A DNA stretch of 64,000 bases from an uncultured Gammaproteobacteria bacterium. Its GTDB lineage: Bacteria; Patescibacteriota; Patescibacteriia; Magasanikbacterales; GWA2-37-8. Of this stretch, positions 1-8,673 are shown piece after piece; position 1 is the stretch's first letter; the number at the start of each line of letters is the position of its first letter. Made by a program: the position numbers and the translations under genes. Below the pieces are notes generated by a model. The model worked only from the letters and a program-made list of their open reading frames with translations. It did not search any database and was not told the DNA's origin. The stretch is taken from NCBI GenBank assembly GCA_964540825.1, contig CAZINT010000001.1:284565-348564 (forward strand). Reading direction: 5' to 3'.

Positions 1-67
1 TCATGGGAGGAGCATTGGTAGTTGAAAATACCTACTGTCGTTAAGGTGTGCATTTTTGAGCTGTTTA

Positions 68-100
68 AGAAACAACCTCAATTTTGTTGAGGTTGTTTCT
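68..100. terminator. Hairpin, probable intrinsic terminator
   Basis: AGAAACAACCTCAA-ttttg-TTGAGGTTGTTTCT perfect inverted repeat. Confidence 0.6.
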
Positions 101-165
101 GTATAGGATAAAGTTCTAGCCCGTATGAGTAAGTGATTGAGATACTATTTATTTTTAAATAACAT

Positions 166-549
166 ATGAACAAAACAATTTTAAAAAGTATCGGGGCCGT
201 GCTCGCCGGTTTTGTCTCGGTCGCTGTTTTATCCGTCGCAACTGATGCTATGCTTGAGGCGGCAGGTGTTTTTGCAACCCAAACTCAACCCGAAGCAACC
301 ATGCCCTGGATGCTTGCGGTCGCCCTCGTCTACCGCAGCGTCTACACGATCATCGGCGGCTATATTACCGCCCGCCTCGCGCCAACGAGCCCCATGAAAC
401 ACGTGGTTGTGCTCATGATTCTCGGTGGCCTTGGAGGGATTGGCGGCGTCGTGAATGGTTGGGGGTATGGTAACCACTGGTACCCCATTGCGCTCGCGGT
501 GACTGGGCCGGTGTTTGTTTGGGTGGGTGGAAGATATTTTAAACAATAA
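166..549 (+). CDS. Small integral membrane protein (about 4 TM), unknown function
   Basis: 127 aa, four hydrophobic segments, ATG after AT-rich leader. Confidence 0.8.
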   Translation: MNKTILKSIGAVLAGFVSVAVLSVATDAMLEAAGVFATQTQPEATMPWMLAVALVYRSVYTIIGGYITARLAPTSPMKHVVVLMILGGLGGIGGVVNGWGYGNHWYPIALAVTGPVFVWVGGRYFKQ

Positions 550-568
550 TAATTTTATATTTAAGGAT

Positions 569-1414
569 ATGTATTTTGAATCGTCAACTAATACGATTTC
601 GGTTATAGATTTAATTAACTTATCAAAAGATGTTGCTCAACTAAATTTAGGTTATTTAGCTATTGCAGTAACTATTTTAGGCATACTCGGTGTTGTTTTT
701 GTCTATTTTAATATTAATCCTCTCAAAGATGCACTTAATAGACAGGAAGATAAAGTAGATGCTCTTAAAAAGGAAGCTGACAAGATTTTAAAATCTTCCG
801 AGGAGAATGTTCAGGTATCCCTAAATAATTTTAGAGAAGAACAAAAACAAGTTACCTCTGAATTCTTAAATCAAAGTGAGGCAAAAAATATTTTAGAAAC
901 AAAAAATCAAGTTGCTCTGGTCGAGAAAGTACTTCTTGAAAAAATTGAGAGTGTTTCAGAGGGTAAAGACGTAAAGCTCAAAGAAATTATTCTATCTGAA
1001 ACAGTAAATAAAATAAGTGCTACAGAGAAGTCAGTAGGAATTGAAAATAATAAAATAAGAGTTGATTTAAATGAAAAAATTACTTCTTTAAATGGCAAGA
1101 TTACAACACTCGAAAAAGAAATTTTTGAAATAAGAAGAAGTTTAGTTGAGTTTGAAATTGAAAATCATTTAAAGAAGCGGCAGGTAGGTGCTATGCGTAA
1201 AATGATAGAGAAATTAGAAATGGATATTAAACGCACTTGGGGTGCGGATGATACTTTGGTTGAGATTAAACAATATATTTTAGAACACGGCATGCCTAAT
1301 TATTATTTTACTGATCTTCAAAATGTTTTAGAAAAATTAACGCCAGAATTTAAACTGTTAAAAGATGAAATTTTAAAATTAGCACAGGAAAAAATTTACA
1401 AAGTAAAAGATTAA
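569..1414 (+). CDS. Hypothetical protein, one N-terminal TM helix plus long coiled coil; very AT-rich
   Basis: ORF 515..1414, likely start ATG 569 after AAGGA; LGYLAIAVTILGILGVVFVYF then K/E-rich heptads. Confidence 0.75.
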   Translation: MYFESSTNTISVIDLINLSKDVAQLNLGYLAIAVTILGILGVVFVYFNINPLKDALNRQEDKVDALKKEADKILKSSEENVQVSLNNFREEQKQVTSEFLNQSEAKNILETKNQVALVEKVLLEKIESVSEGKDVKLKEIILSETVNKISATEKSVGIENNKIRVDLNEKITSLNGKITTLEKEIFEIRRSLVEFEIENHLKKRQVGAMRKMIEKLEMDIKRTWGADDTLVEIKQYILEHGMPNYYFTDLQNVLEKLTPEFKLLKDEILKLAQEKIYKVKD

Positions 1415-1606
1415 ATAAAATTATACTTTTTCAGAGGAAATAATTTTTTATTAGCGGTTATATCGTATAATGAAGCGCTCTGTCGACAACAATAAGATGA
1501 GGTTGTCTAAATTGCGGTTCCTCAAAGGGGTTTGGCGTATTTAAGAAGGGTATAGGACTTAATAAACAGCTGAATTTTCCAAAAGCCCTATAAGGGTTTA
1601 CCTCTG

Positions 1607-1635
1607 TTGCCACGCTGCACCCCTTCATATATACT
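1607..1635 (+). promoter_or_regulatory. Sigma70-type promoter, near-leaderless transcript
   Basis: TTGCCA-17 bp-TATACT, ATG 8 nt downstream. Confidence 0.6.
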
Positions 1636-1643
1636 AATCCCAC

Positions 1644-2942
1644 ATGCAAACCCTGATTACCCTTAAAAATGAGTTTATTCAGTCCCTGCGCGTAGGGTGG
1701 TTTTTGGCGTTTCGGCAGATTCACCGGGTGGGCAAGGGGACCAGCGCCCTCATTATTTTTATCATGACCCTGACGTTTTTGAATTTGGTGGTGGTGTCAG
1801 GGCTCCTCGTCGGCCTTATTAGCGGCTCATTTAAGCAGTTTCGCGAGAGTTATGCGGCGGATATTATCATTACCGCTGCGCCGGGTCGAAGCTATATTGA
1901 AAACTCACCAGCACTGGTAGACTTTTTGAATGCTAATAATAAGGTAATTGCAGTGTCGCCGCGGTACGGAGCCGGAGCAACAGTGCGGGGGACGCTCAGC
2001 CAATCGACGCCGAAGAAGGAGCGGGCTAACCAGATAAGTACGCGTGTCACCGGCTTTGATCCGGCGCGTGAAGAGGAGCTGACCCATTTTTCACGCTTTG
2101 TCATTAAAGGGCAGATGATTGACGCAACGGACGAAGGGTCTATTTTGATCGGGGCTAATTTACTCAAAAAATATTCTTCATTTGCCGATGCGAATATCCC
2201 GGGGCTTGATTTGCTCCGTGATGTGGATGTTGGCGACCGCGTTCGCTTGACGATTCCAAATCCGGACGGTGACCCGGCGACGAAAGATTTTTTTGTGAAG
2301 GGGATTGTTAAAAGTAAGGTTGATGAAATTTCAACGCGCATGTTTGTGAACGATCAGGAATTAAAACGGCTCCTCCCCGCCAACAAAGAACAGCTTCAGG
2401 AAATTGCTATCAAGACCAAGCCGGGGCAGGATATGGTCCTCCTCGAAGAAATTAAAAATTTTATGGACGGGTATGCGGCGCAGATCCAGACGGCCGACGA
2501 AGCAATTCCGTCATTTTTGCGCGATATTGAAACCACGATGTCGATTTTAGGCAATGCCCTGTCATCGTTTGCACTCGTGGTAGCGTCGATCACGGTGTTT
2601 ATTGTTATCTATATTAACGCTGTTACCAAACGCAAGTTTATTGGGATTATGAAAGGCATTGGTATTAGCCCGTGGGCGGTGCAGGCGTCGTACCTGATAC
2701 AGGCATTGTTTTATGGTTTGGCCGGGTCGGGGATTGGGCTCGCGCTGACGTTTGGACTTCTCAAGCCGTACTTTGACGCGAACCCGATCAACTTTCCGTT
2801 TTCGGATGGTATTTTGGCCGCGACACCGGAAGGTGCATTTACGCGTGTGGCGATTTTGCTCGTTGTGACCGTGATTGCCGGGTATATTCCCGCCACGATC
2901 ATTGTACGCAAAAATACGCTTGATTCAATCTTGGGCCGCTAA
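1644..2942 (+). CDS. ABC transporter permease, MacB/LolE/FtsX family
   Basis: N-terminal TM, large extracytoplasmic domain, three C-terminal TMs with IGIMKGIG motif; adjacent ATPase. Confidence 0.9.
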   Translation: MQTLITLKNEFIQSLRVGWFLAFRQIHRVGKGTSALIIFIMTLTFLNLVVVSGLLVGLISGSFKQFRESYAADIIITAAPGRSYIENSPALVDFLNANNKVIAVSPRYGAGATVRGTLSQSTPKKERANQISTRVTGFDPAREEELTHFSRFVIKGQMIDATDEGSILIGANLLKKYSSFADANIPGLDLLRDVDVGDRVRLTIPNPDGDPATKDFFVKGIVKSKVDEISTRMFVNDQELKRLLPANKEQLQEIAIKTKPGQDMVLLEEIKNFMDGYAAQIQTADEAIPSFLRDIETTMSILGNALSSFALVVASITVFIVIYINAVTKRKFIGIMKGIGISPWAVQASYLIQALFYGLAGSGIGLALTFGLLKPYFDANPINFPFSDGILAATPEGAFTRVAILLVVTVIAGYIPATIIVRKNTLDSILGR

Positions 2943-2945
2943 TGT

Positions 2946-3617
2946 ATGATTGCCGGAAAAAATATTGTTAAAACCTATGGTCAGGGTGATATCGCGCTCA
3001 CGGTACTCAAGAGCGTGAGTATTGATATTCTCGATCAGGAATTTGTAGCCATCATCGGGCCGTCGGGCGCTGGCAAGTCGACGCTCCTGTATCAGTTATC
3101 GCTCCTCGACGAGCCGACTTCGGGGGATATTATTATTGATAGTATTAAGACAAGCGAAATGTCGCAGCGCCAGAAGACCAAACTCCGCCTTGAAAAATTG
3201 GGGTACGTGTTTCAGGATTATGCGCTCTTACCCGAATTGAATGCACTTGAAAATGTCATGCTCCCGATGCTTATGCAGGGTGCCACCAAAGCCGTTGCCG
3301 GGCAAAAAGCGCGGGCTGCGCTCGACCGCATCGGCCTCGCCGACAAAATGCGCAATGTGCCAAGTCAGTTATCCGGCGGTCAGCAGCAGCGCGTGTCGAT
3401 TGCGCGCGCGATCGCGCATCATCCGCATATTTTGTTTGCCGACGAACCAACCGCCAACCTCGACTCCGCGAACTCTGCGCTCGTCATGCAGTCGTTTCTC
3501 GACCTCAATAGCGAAGGGCAGACAATTATTATGATTACCCACGAAGAAGAATATGCTCGCCGCGCCAAACGCGTGGTTACCCTCAAAGACGGGCAGATTG
3601 TGAAGGATGAGAAATAA
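2946..3617 (+). CDS. ABC transporter ATP-binding protein, LolD/MacB type
   Basis: Walker A GPSGAGKS, LSGGQQQR signature, ILFADEPT, ITH. Confidence 0.95.
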   Translation: MIAGKNIVKTYGQGDIALTVLKSVSIDILDQEFVAIIGPSGAGKSTLLYQLSLLDEPTSGDIIIDSIKTSEMSQRQKTKLRLEKLGYVFQDYALLPELNALENVMLPMLMQGATKAVAGQKARAALDRIGLADKMRNVPSQLSGGQQQRVSIARAIAHHPHILFADEPTANLDSANSALVMQSFLDLNSEGQTIIMITHEEEYARRAKRVVTLKDGQIVKDEK

Positions 3618-3620
3618 AAC

Positions 3621-4193
3621 ATGATTCAAGAAAAAAACAAAATCCGCTGTGATTGGGCGGCAAACGCAAGCCCGCTTATGCGAGGCTACCACGATACGGA
3701 GTGGGGAGTACCTGTTCACAATGACCAGGTACTTTTTGAATTTCTGATTCTCGAAGGTGCGCAGGCGGGACTTAGCTGGAGTACAGTGCTTAACAAGCGT
3801 GAAAATTACCGCAAAGCGCTAAAGGGGTTTGACGCCCAAAGAATCGCACGGTATGGTACTAAAGATGCTCAAAAGCTTCTTGCTAACCCCGGTATCATCC
3901 GTAACCGCCTTAAAATTGCCGCAGCTATCACGAATGCTCAAAAATTTTTGGATGTCCAAAAAGAATTCGGATCGTTCGATAAGTATATTTGGCAATTCGT
4001 GGGCGGCAAGCCGAAAAAAAATAAAGTTCGATCTATAAAAGATATTCCGACAAAAACGAAAGAATCGGATGCGCTGAGTAAGGATTTATTAAAACGCGGA
4101 TTTAAGTTTGTAGGGTCAACAATCATGTATGCGTTTATGCAGGCAGTGGGGATGGTGGATGATCATGAAATAAAATGTTTTAAAAAGAAATAA
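3621..4193 (+). CDS. tag: DNA-3-methyladenine glycosylase I
   Basis: RCDW, YHDTEWG, LEGAQAGLSW, IIRNRLKI, GFKFVG, DHEIKC motifs. Confidence 0.95.
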   Translation: MIQEKNKIRCDWAANASPLMRGYHDTEWGVPVHNDQVLFEFLILEGAQAGLSWSTVLNKRENYRKALKGFDAQRIARYGTKDAQKLLANPGIIRNRLKIAAAITNAQKFLDVQKEFGSFDKYIWQFVGGKPKKNKVRSIKDIPTKTKESDALSKDLLKRGFKFVGSTIMYAFMQAVGMVDDHEIKCFKKK

Positions 4194-4201
4194 AGAACTG
4201 T

Positions 4202-4624
4202 ATGAACATGTTCAAACCCGTGAAAGCATCCTCAATTAAAGAGTATATCGACATGCTCGAGCCCGAACGACGCGAAGCGATTCTTTTTCTTGATCGGTTC
4301 ATTAAAAAAACCGTGCCAAAATTAAAACCTTTGTTTGCCTATAATATGCTCGGGTATGGCGCCTTCAAGTATATAAATGCTCAGAAAAAAGAAATTGACT
4401 GGCCGGTCGTGTCGCTCGCGAGCCAAAAGAATTATATAAGTCTGTATATTTGTTCGATTGAAAACGGAAAGTATTTGGCTGAAAGCCATAAAGACGAGCT
4501 TGGCAAAGTGAAGGTGGGTAAAAGTTGTATTCAAATTAAAAAAATTGAGGATCTTGATCTGAAAGGTGTAGCTAAAGTGCTGAAGCTCGCGGCCAAGAAA
4601 CCCGGACTTATTAAAATTAATTAA
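4202..4624 (+). CDS. DUF1801 (YdhG-like) domain protein
   Basis: MLGYG, ASQKNYISLY, GKSCI motifs. Confidence 0.8.
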   Translation: MNMFKPVKASSIKEYIDMLEPERREAILFLDRFIKKTVPKLKPLFAYNMLGYGAFKYINAQKKEIDWPVVSLASQKNYISLYICSIENGKYLAESHKDELGKVKVGKSCIQIKKIEDLDLKGVAKVLKLAAKKPGLIKIN

Positions 4625-4638
4625 CTAATTTTTATTCT

Positions 4639-5097
4639 ATGCAATACCTCCATTTTTCAACAACAATTAACGCTCCAAAAGAAAAAGTATGGGACACGAT
4701 GCTCGAGGACGCGACCTATCGTGAATGGACTGAACCATTTCATGCTGGTTCGTATTACGAAGGTGATTGGAGCGTGGGTAGTAAAATGTTATTTTTGGGA
4801 CCGAACGATGACGGCACAACGGGCGGTATGGTCAGCCGGATCGTAGAGAATCGCCTGTATGATTTTATTTCCATTGAACACTTGGGCGAAGTTATGAATG
4901 GAGTAGAGGATACTACCAGTGAACGGGTTAAAGCGTGGGCTGGCGCTCATGAAAATTATACCTTTACAGAAAACGAAGGAAAAACTGAAGTTCGGGTAGA
5001 TCTTGATTTTGCCGACGGTAACCCAGAAATGATGGCTATGTTTGAAGCTATGTGGCCAAAGGCATTGGCAAAACTGAAAGAAATCGCAGAAAAATAA
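4639..5097 (+). CDS. SRPBCC/AHSA1 domain protein
   Basis: INAPKEKVW, YREWT, C-terminal helix WPKALAKLKEIAE. Confidence 0.85.
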   Translation: MQYLHFSTTINAPKEKVWDTMLEDATYREWTEPFHAGSYYEGDWSVGSKMLFLGPNDDGTTGGMVSRIVENRLYDFISIEHLGEVMNGVEDTTSERVKAWAGAHENYTFTENEGKTEVRVDLDFADGNPEMMAMFEAMWPKALAKLKEIAEK

Positions 5098-5115
5098 ATT
5101 TTAAATTCTACATAT

Positions 5116-5517
5116 ATGATTACTGTTGAAACCATTGTCAAAGCGCCGATTGAAAAAGTTTGGAAATATTGGAATGAGCCGGAACATATCACGAAGTGGG
5201 CTTTTGCGTCCGACGACTGGGAAGCTCCGGCCGCAGAAAATGATTTGCGCGTGGGCGGAAAATTTAAAACCGTCATGGCTGCCAAAGACAAAAGTGCCGA
5301 GTTTGACATGGCCGGAGTATATACCGCTGTGGAAGAGGGCACACTAATTGAATATGAATTTGGTGACCGCAGAGCAAAAATTGTCTTTGAAACTGTGCCT
5401 GAAGGCGTGCGCGTGGTTGAGTCGTTCGATCCGGAAAAAGAAAACCCGGAAGAAATGCAGCGGGCTGGTTGGCAGGCAATTTTAGATAATTTTAAAAAAC
5501 ACGTCGAACAGGAATAG
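5116..5517 (+). CDS. SRPBCC/AHSA1 domain protein
   Basis: APIEKVW, PEHITKW, DLRVGGKF, GWQAILDNFK. Confidence 0.9.
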   Translation: MITVETIVKAPIEKVWKYWNEPEHITKWAFASDDWEAPAAENDLRVGGKFKTVMAAKDKSAEFDMAGVYTAVEEGTLIEYEFGDRRAKIVFETVPEGVRVVESFDPEKENPEEMQRAGWQAILDNFKKHVEQE

Positions 5518-5544
5518 TGTTTTTTATTCATTAAGTATTTGTAT

Positions 5545-5946
5545 ATGGCAAATTTCAATCCCGTCGTCCACTTTGAAATGCCCTACGAAGATAAAGATCG
5601 TGTCGCCAAGTTTTATGAGGAAGCGCTGGGCTGGAAAATGAATAAGCTCGGGCCCGATATGATGGACTACATAACCGCCTATACGGCCGAGACTGATGAA
5701 AACCGGATGGTCAAAACTCCGGGAACGATTAACGGCGGATTTTTTCCTAAAAAACCGGATTGGCCAGCGCAATATCCATCGGTCGTTATTTCAGTTGAAG
5801 ATATTCAGGCGGCCATGAAAAAAGTAACTGAAGCCGGTGGTAAAGTTCTCGGGGAGCCAATGCCTATTCCGGGCACAGGGATGTATGTTTCATTTCTGGA
5901 TACCGAAGGTAACCGTGCGAGTTTACTTCAACCTGCTCACCAATAA
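5545..5946 (+). CDS. VOC/glyoxalase family protein
   Basis: VVHFEMP, FYEEALGW, AGGKV, DTEGN; start adjusted to ATG 5545. Confidence 0.9.
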   Translation: MANFNPVVHFEMPYEDKDRVAKFYEEALGWKMNKLGPDMMDYITAYTAETDENRMVKTPGTINGGFFPKKPDWPAQYPSVVISVEDIQAAMKKVTEAGGKVLGEPMPIPGTGMYVSFLDTEGNRASLLQPAHQ

Positions 5947-5950
5947 CGCT

Positions 5951-6868
5951 ATGCAAAAAATTACCCCACATCTTTGGTTTGATAAGGAAGCCAAGCAGGC
6001 GGCAGAATTCTATACAGCACTCTTTCCGGATTCAAAAATTACCAGTTCGTCGACTATCCACGATACGCCGTCGGGGGATTGTGACATTATGGCGTTTGAA
6101 CTTTGCGGCGAGCCCTTTATGGCGATTAGCGCCGGACCGGTTTTTAAAATTAACCCGTCGATTTCGTTTCAAGTAAAATGTGCTACTAAAGATGAAGCCG
6201 ATACCTTCTGGAAAGCTTTATCAGAAGACGGCATGGCCCTCATGCCGCTCCAGGCATATCCGTTTAGCGAATATTATGGCTGGATACAAGACAAGTATGG
6301 GGTATCGTGGCAGCTGATGTATATGGCAGACCAGCCGATCGAGCAAAAAATTGTTCCGGTGATGACGTTTGTGGGCGGTGCTTACGGCAAAGTCGAAGAA
6401 GCAATGAATCGGTATGTTGAAATTTTTAAGCAAGCACCGGCCGCTGCAGCAGCGGAGTTGCCTTCGAGCGCTGCTGTCATGATGCGCTATGGGGCGGGGG
6501 AGGCACCAGACACCGAAGGCAAAGTAAAATACGCTGTTTTTAAACTGCGTGGTCAAGAGTTTGGGGCAATGGAATCGGCCCATGATCACAAGTTCGCTTT
6601 TAACGAAGCTGTTTCACTTCTTGTGCCGTGTGAAAACCAGGAGGAGATAGATTATTTTTGGAGTAAGCTTTCCGCGGTTTCTGAGGCCGAGCAGTGTGGT
6701 TGGTTGAAAGATGCTTATGGTGTATCGTGGCAGGTTTGGCCAACGGCACTTGGGCGTATGATGAACACAGGAACGCCGGAGCAGGTTGCGGCAGTTACAC
6801 AAGCATTTATGTCCATGAAGAAATTTGATATTGCCAAACTGGAAGAAGTCTACCAGGCAGCAAAATAA
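5951..6868 (+). CDS. VOC family protein, duplicated PhnB/3-demethylubiquinone-9 methyltransferase-like domain
   Basis: MQKITPHLWF and two GW..D.YGVSWQ repeats; start ATG 5951. Confidence 0.9.
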   Translation: MQKITPHLWFDKEAKQAAEFYTALFPDSKITSSSTIHDTPSGDCDIMAFELCGEPFMAISAGPVFKINPSISFQVKCATKDEADTFWKALSEDGMALMPLQAYPFSEYYGWIQDKYGVSWQLMYMADQPIEQKIVPVMTFVGGAYGKVEEAMNRYVEIFKQAPAAAAAELPSSAAVMMRYGAGEAPDTEGKVKYAVFKLRGQEFGAMESAHDHKFAFNEAVSLLVPCENQEEIDYFWSKLSAVSEAEQCGWLKDAYGVSWQVWPTALGRMMNTGTPEQVAAVTQAFMSMKKFDIAKLEEVYQAAK

Positions 6869-6872
6869 AAAT

Positions 6873-7217
6873 ATGCAAAAAATTTCCAGTGTCGACGCCT
6901 ACATTGCCAGCGCGCCCAAAGCAATTCAGGGAAAATTAAATGATATCCGCCGAACGATTAAAAAAGCAGCTCCGGAGGCTGAAGAAAAAATCAGCTACAG
7001 CATGCCATATTATGCCTATAAGGGGCGGCTGGTGTACTTCGCGTACTTCAAAGATCATATCAGTTTTTTTGCCATGCCTCCGATTCCGCCTGAGTATGTG
7101 AAAAAATTGAAAGTCACCGGTAAGGCAACGATCCAGTTTACGCTCGACGAAAAAATACCACTCGCATTGATTGCACGGTTGGTAAAGGAAGGCGTCAAGC
7201 GTAATGAAGCGAAGTAA
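6873..7217 (+). CDS. DUF1801 (YdhG-like) protein
   Basis: VDAYI, APEAEEKISYSMP, HISF, TIQF; start ATG 6873. Confidence 0.85.
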   Translation: MQKISSVDAYIASAPKAIQGKLNDIRRTIKKAAPEAEEKISYSMPYYAYKGRLVYFAYFKDHISFFAMPPIPPEYVKKLKVTGKATIQFTLDEKIPLALIARLVKEGVKRNEAK

Positions 7218-7226
7218 TAGTTTCGG

Positions 7227-7257
7227 AAAAAACCGGCTTTAATTAGTCGGTTTTTTT
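7227..7257 (+). terminator. Intrinsic terminator closing the 1644-7217 run
   Basis: AAAAAACCGGCT-ttaatt-AGTCGGTTTTTTT. Confidence 0.75.
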
Positions 7258-7326
7258 AATACGCTCAATTTTGAAAGATACTGCGGAAAGTGTGGTATAC
7301 TGTCTATAAGACTAATACATTTTTTT

Positions 7327-7893
7327 ATGAAACGCCGTCCGGCCAAAAAAGTATCTTTAATTATTCACGATCTTTGCATTATTGCGCTCAGCATCGGTAT
7401 TTCTGTTTTTTTAGTTAAAACCGATGTATTGGTGCGTGTACTTACCTCTACCAAGGAACTGGAACTGATCGGAAGTTTTGTGTCTGGTATTTTTTTTACA
7501 TCAGTTTTTACAACTGCTCCGGCGATTGTGACGCTCGGCGAAATCGCTCAGGTCAACTCGGTCTTTCTGACAGCGCTTCTTGGTTCGCTCGGCGCGGTAT
7601 TTGGCGATCTGATTATTTTTTACTTTATTCGCGATCGCTTAAGCAGTCATTTGATGGAACTCATCAGTGAACGGGGGCTGCCAAAGCGTTTAAAAAAGTT
7701 ATTCAAAATGCGCATGTTCCGGTGGTTTACCTTTCTTCTGGGCGGTATCATTATTGCGTCGCCTCTGCCGGACGAATTGGGAATTGGGCTCCTGGGTTTT
7801 TCCAAAATGAAATTATCGTGGTTTGTCCCGATTTCATTGGTGTTCAATTTTATCGGGATTCTGCTTATCGGGCTCTTAGCACGCAGTGTTTAA
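7327..7893 (+). CDS. Hypothetical multi-pass membrane protein (possibly DedA/VTT-related)
   Basis: Hydrophobic helices; GAVFGDLIIFYF and SPLPDE motifs. Confidence 0.75.
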   Translation: MKRRPAKKVSLIIHDLCIIALSIGISVFLVKTDVLVRVLTSTKELELIGSFVSGIFFTSVFTTAPAIVTLGEIAQVNSVFLTALLGSLGAVFGDLIIFYFIRDRLSSHLMELISERGLPKRLKKLFKMRMFRWFTFLLGGIIIASPLPDELGIGLLGFSKMKLSWFVPISLVFNFIGILLIGLLARSV

Positions 7894-7930
7894 ATTTGAG
7901 TGTGGTGCAAGTAATGTATAAGGTGAGCGA

Positions 7931-7959
7931 TTGACAGTAACACTTTTTCTCTATATACT
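7931..7959 (+). promoter_or_regulatory. Sigma70 promoter
   Basis: TTGACA-17 bp-TATACT. Confidence 0.7.
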
Positions 7960-7999
7960 TCTTTTTCATCAACGATGTTCGTTTCAATGGAGTTATTCC

Positions 8000-8542
8000 A
8001 TGCCAACAGAGCGAGTCTATGTCCCTGGTGTGGTCGCGCCTACAGTTCCGGACGGTCAGCCCGTTCCGGCCGAGCCCTCTGATGCAACGGAGTGCTCGCC
8101 TCCACCTGCAGCCGCGGTCTATTCCGCGGCAAAAGTCATGCCCTCGGCACGGACGGTCTCGCTTCAAGACCCAACGCGAGTGCTTAGCGGGCCGGTTGCA
8201 CCCCGAGTGATGCTTCGCTCTAAGCCAAAGCAGCAGCTTTTGAGCGCAGAACTCCTCAAAGTTTATGTGTGGTGGTTGGTTGTCGGTGCCGCGCTAATTT
8301 TCTTTGGCTATATGGTTTATGAGGTAGTGGGCGACTACCTGTCTGAGAATGCTTCCACCGTTCCTTCGACCTCTCCGCGTACAAAACCGGCCCTTCCGTC
8401 TCCTGCGACCCGTACTCCTTACCCCGTGTATGTGGCGCCAGAGTACATTGTTACAACTGGGGACGCGGCCAAAACCAAGCGTCGTCTTCCTCCCGCACAC
8501 CGCAAGCACAACATCCGCTCTAAAAAACACTCCCGCCGCTGA
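8000..8542 (+). CDS. Orphan Pro-rich single-pass membrane protein
   Basis: GGAG SD before ATG 8000; central TM VYVWWLVVGAALIFFGYMVY; basic C-terminus. Confidence 0.65.
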   Translation: MPTERVYVPGVVAPTVPDGQPVPAEPSDATECSPPPAAAVYSAAKVMPSARTVSLQDPTRVLSGPVAPRVMLRSKPKQQLLSAELLKVYVWWLVVGAALIFFGYMVYEVVGDYLSENASTVPSTSPRTKPALPSPATRTPYPVYVAPEYIVTTGDAAKTKRRLPPAHRKHNIRSKKHSRR

Positions 8543-8622
8543 CGCTCTTTCACAGCCCAACCTTTCCTCCTAGCCCTCTCCCTGAGGCGTTACAGCGTAA
8601 CGTTTTAGGGAGCGGGAGGAAA

Positions 8623-8654
8623 AAAATAACCCCATTTTAAGTGGGGTTATTTTA
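8623..8654. terminator. Bidirectional terminator
   Basis: AAAATAACCCCA...TGGGGTTATTTT between convergent genes. Confidence 0.75.
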
Positions 8655-8673
8655 TTTACAAATAGTTAAAATT

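Noticed and set aside
166-7217. Integron cassette array
   Set aside because: Intergenic gaps are mostly under 30 nt with no repeated attC-like palindromes.
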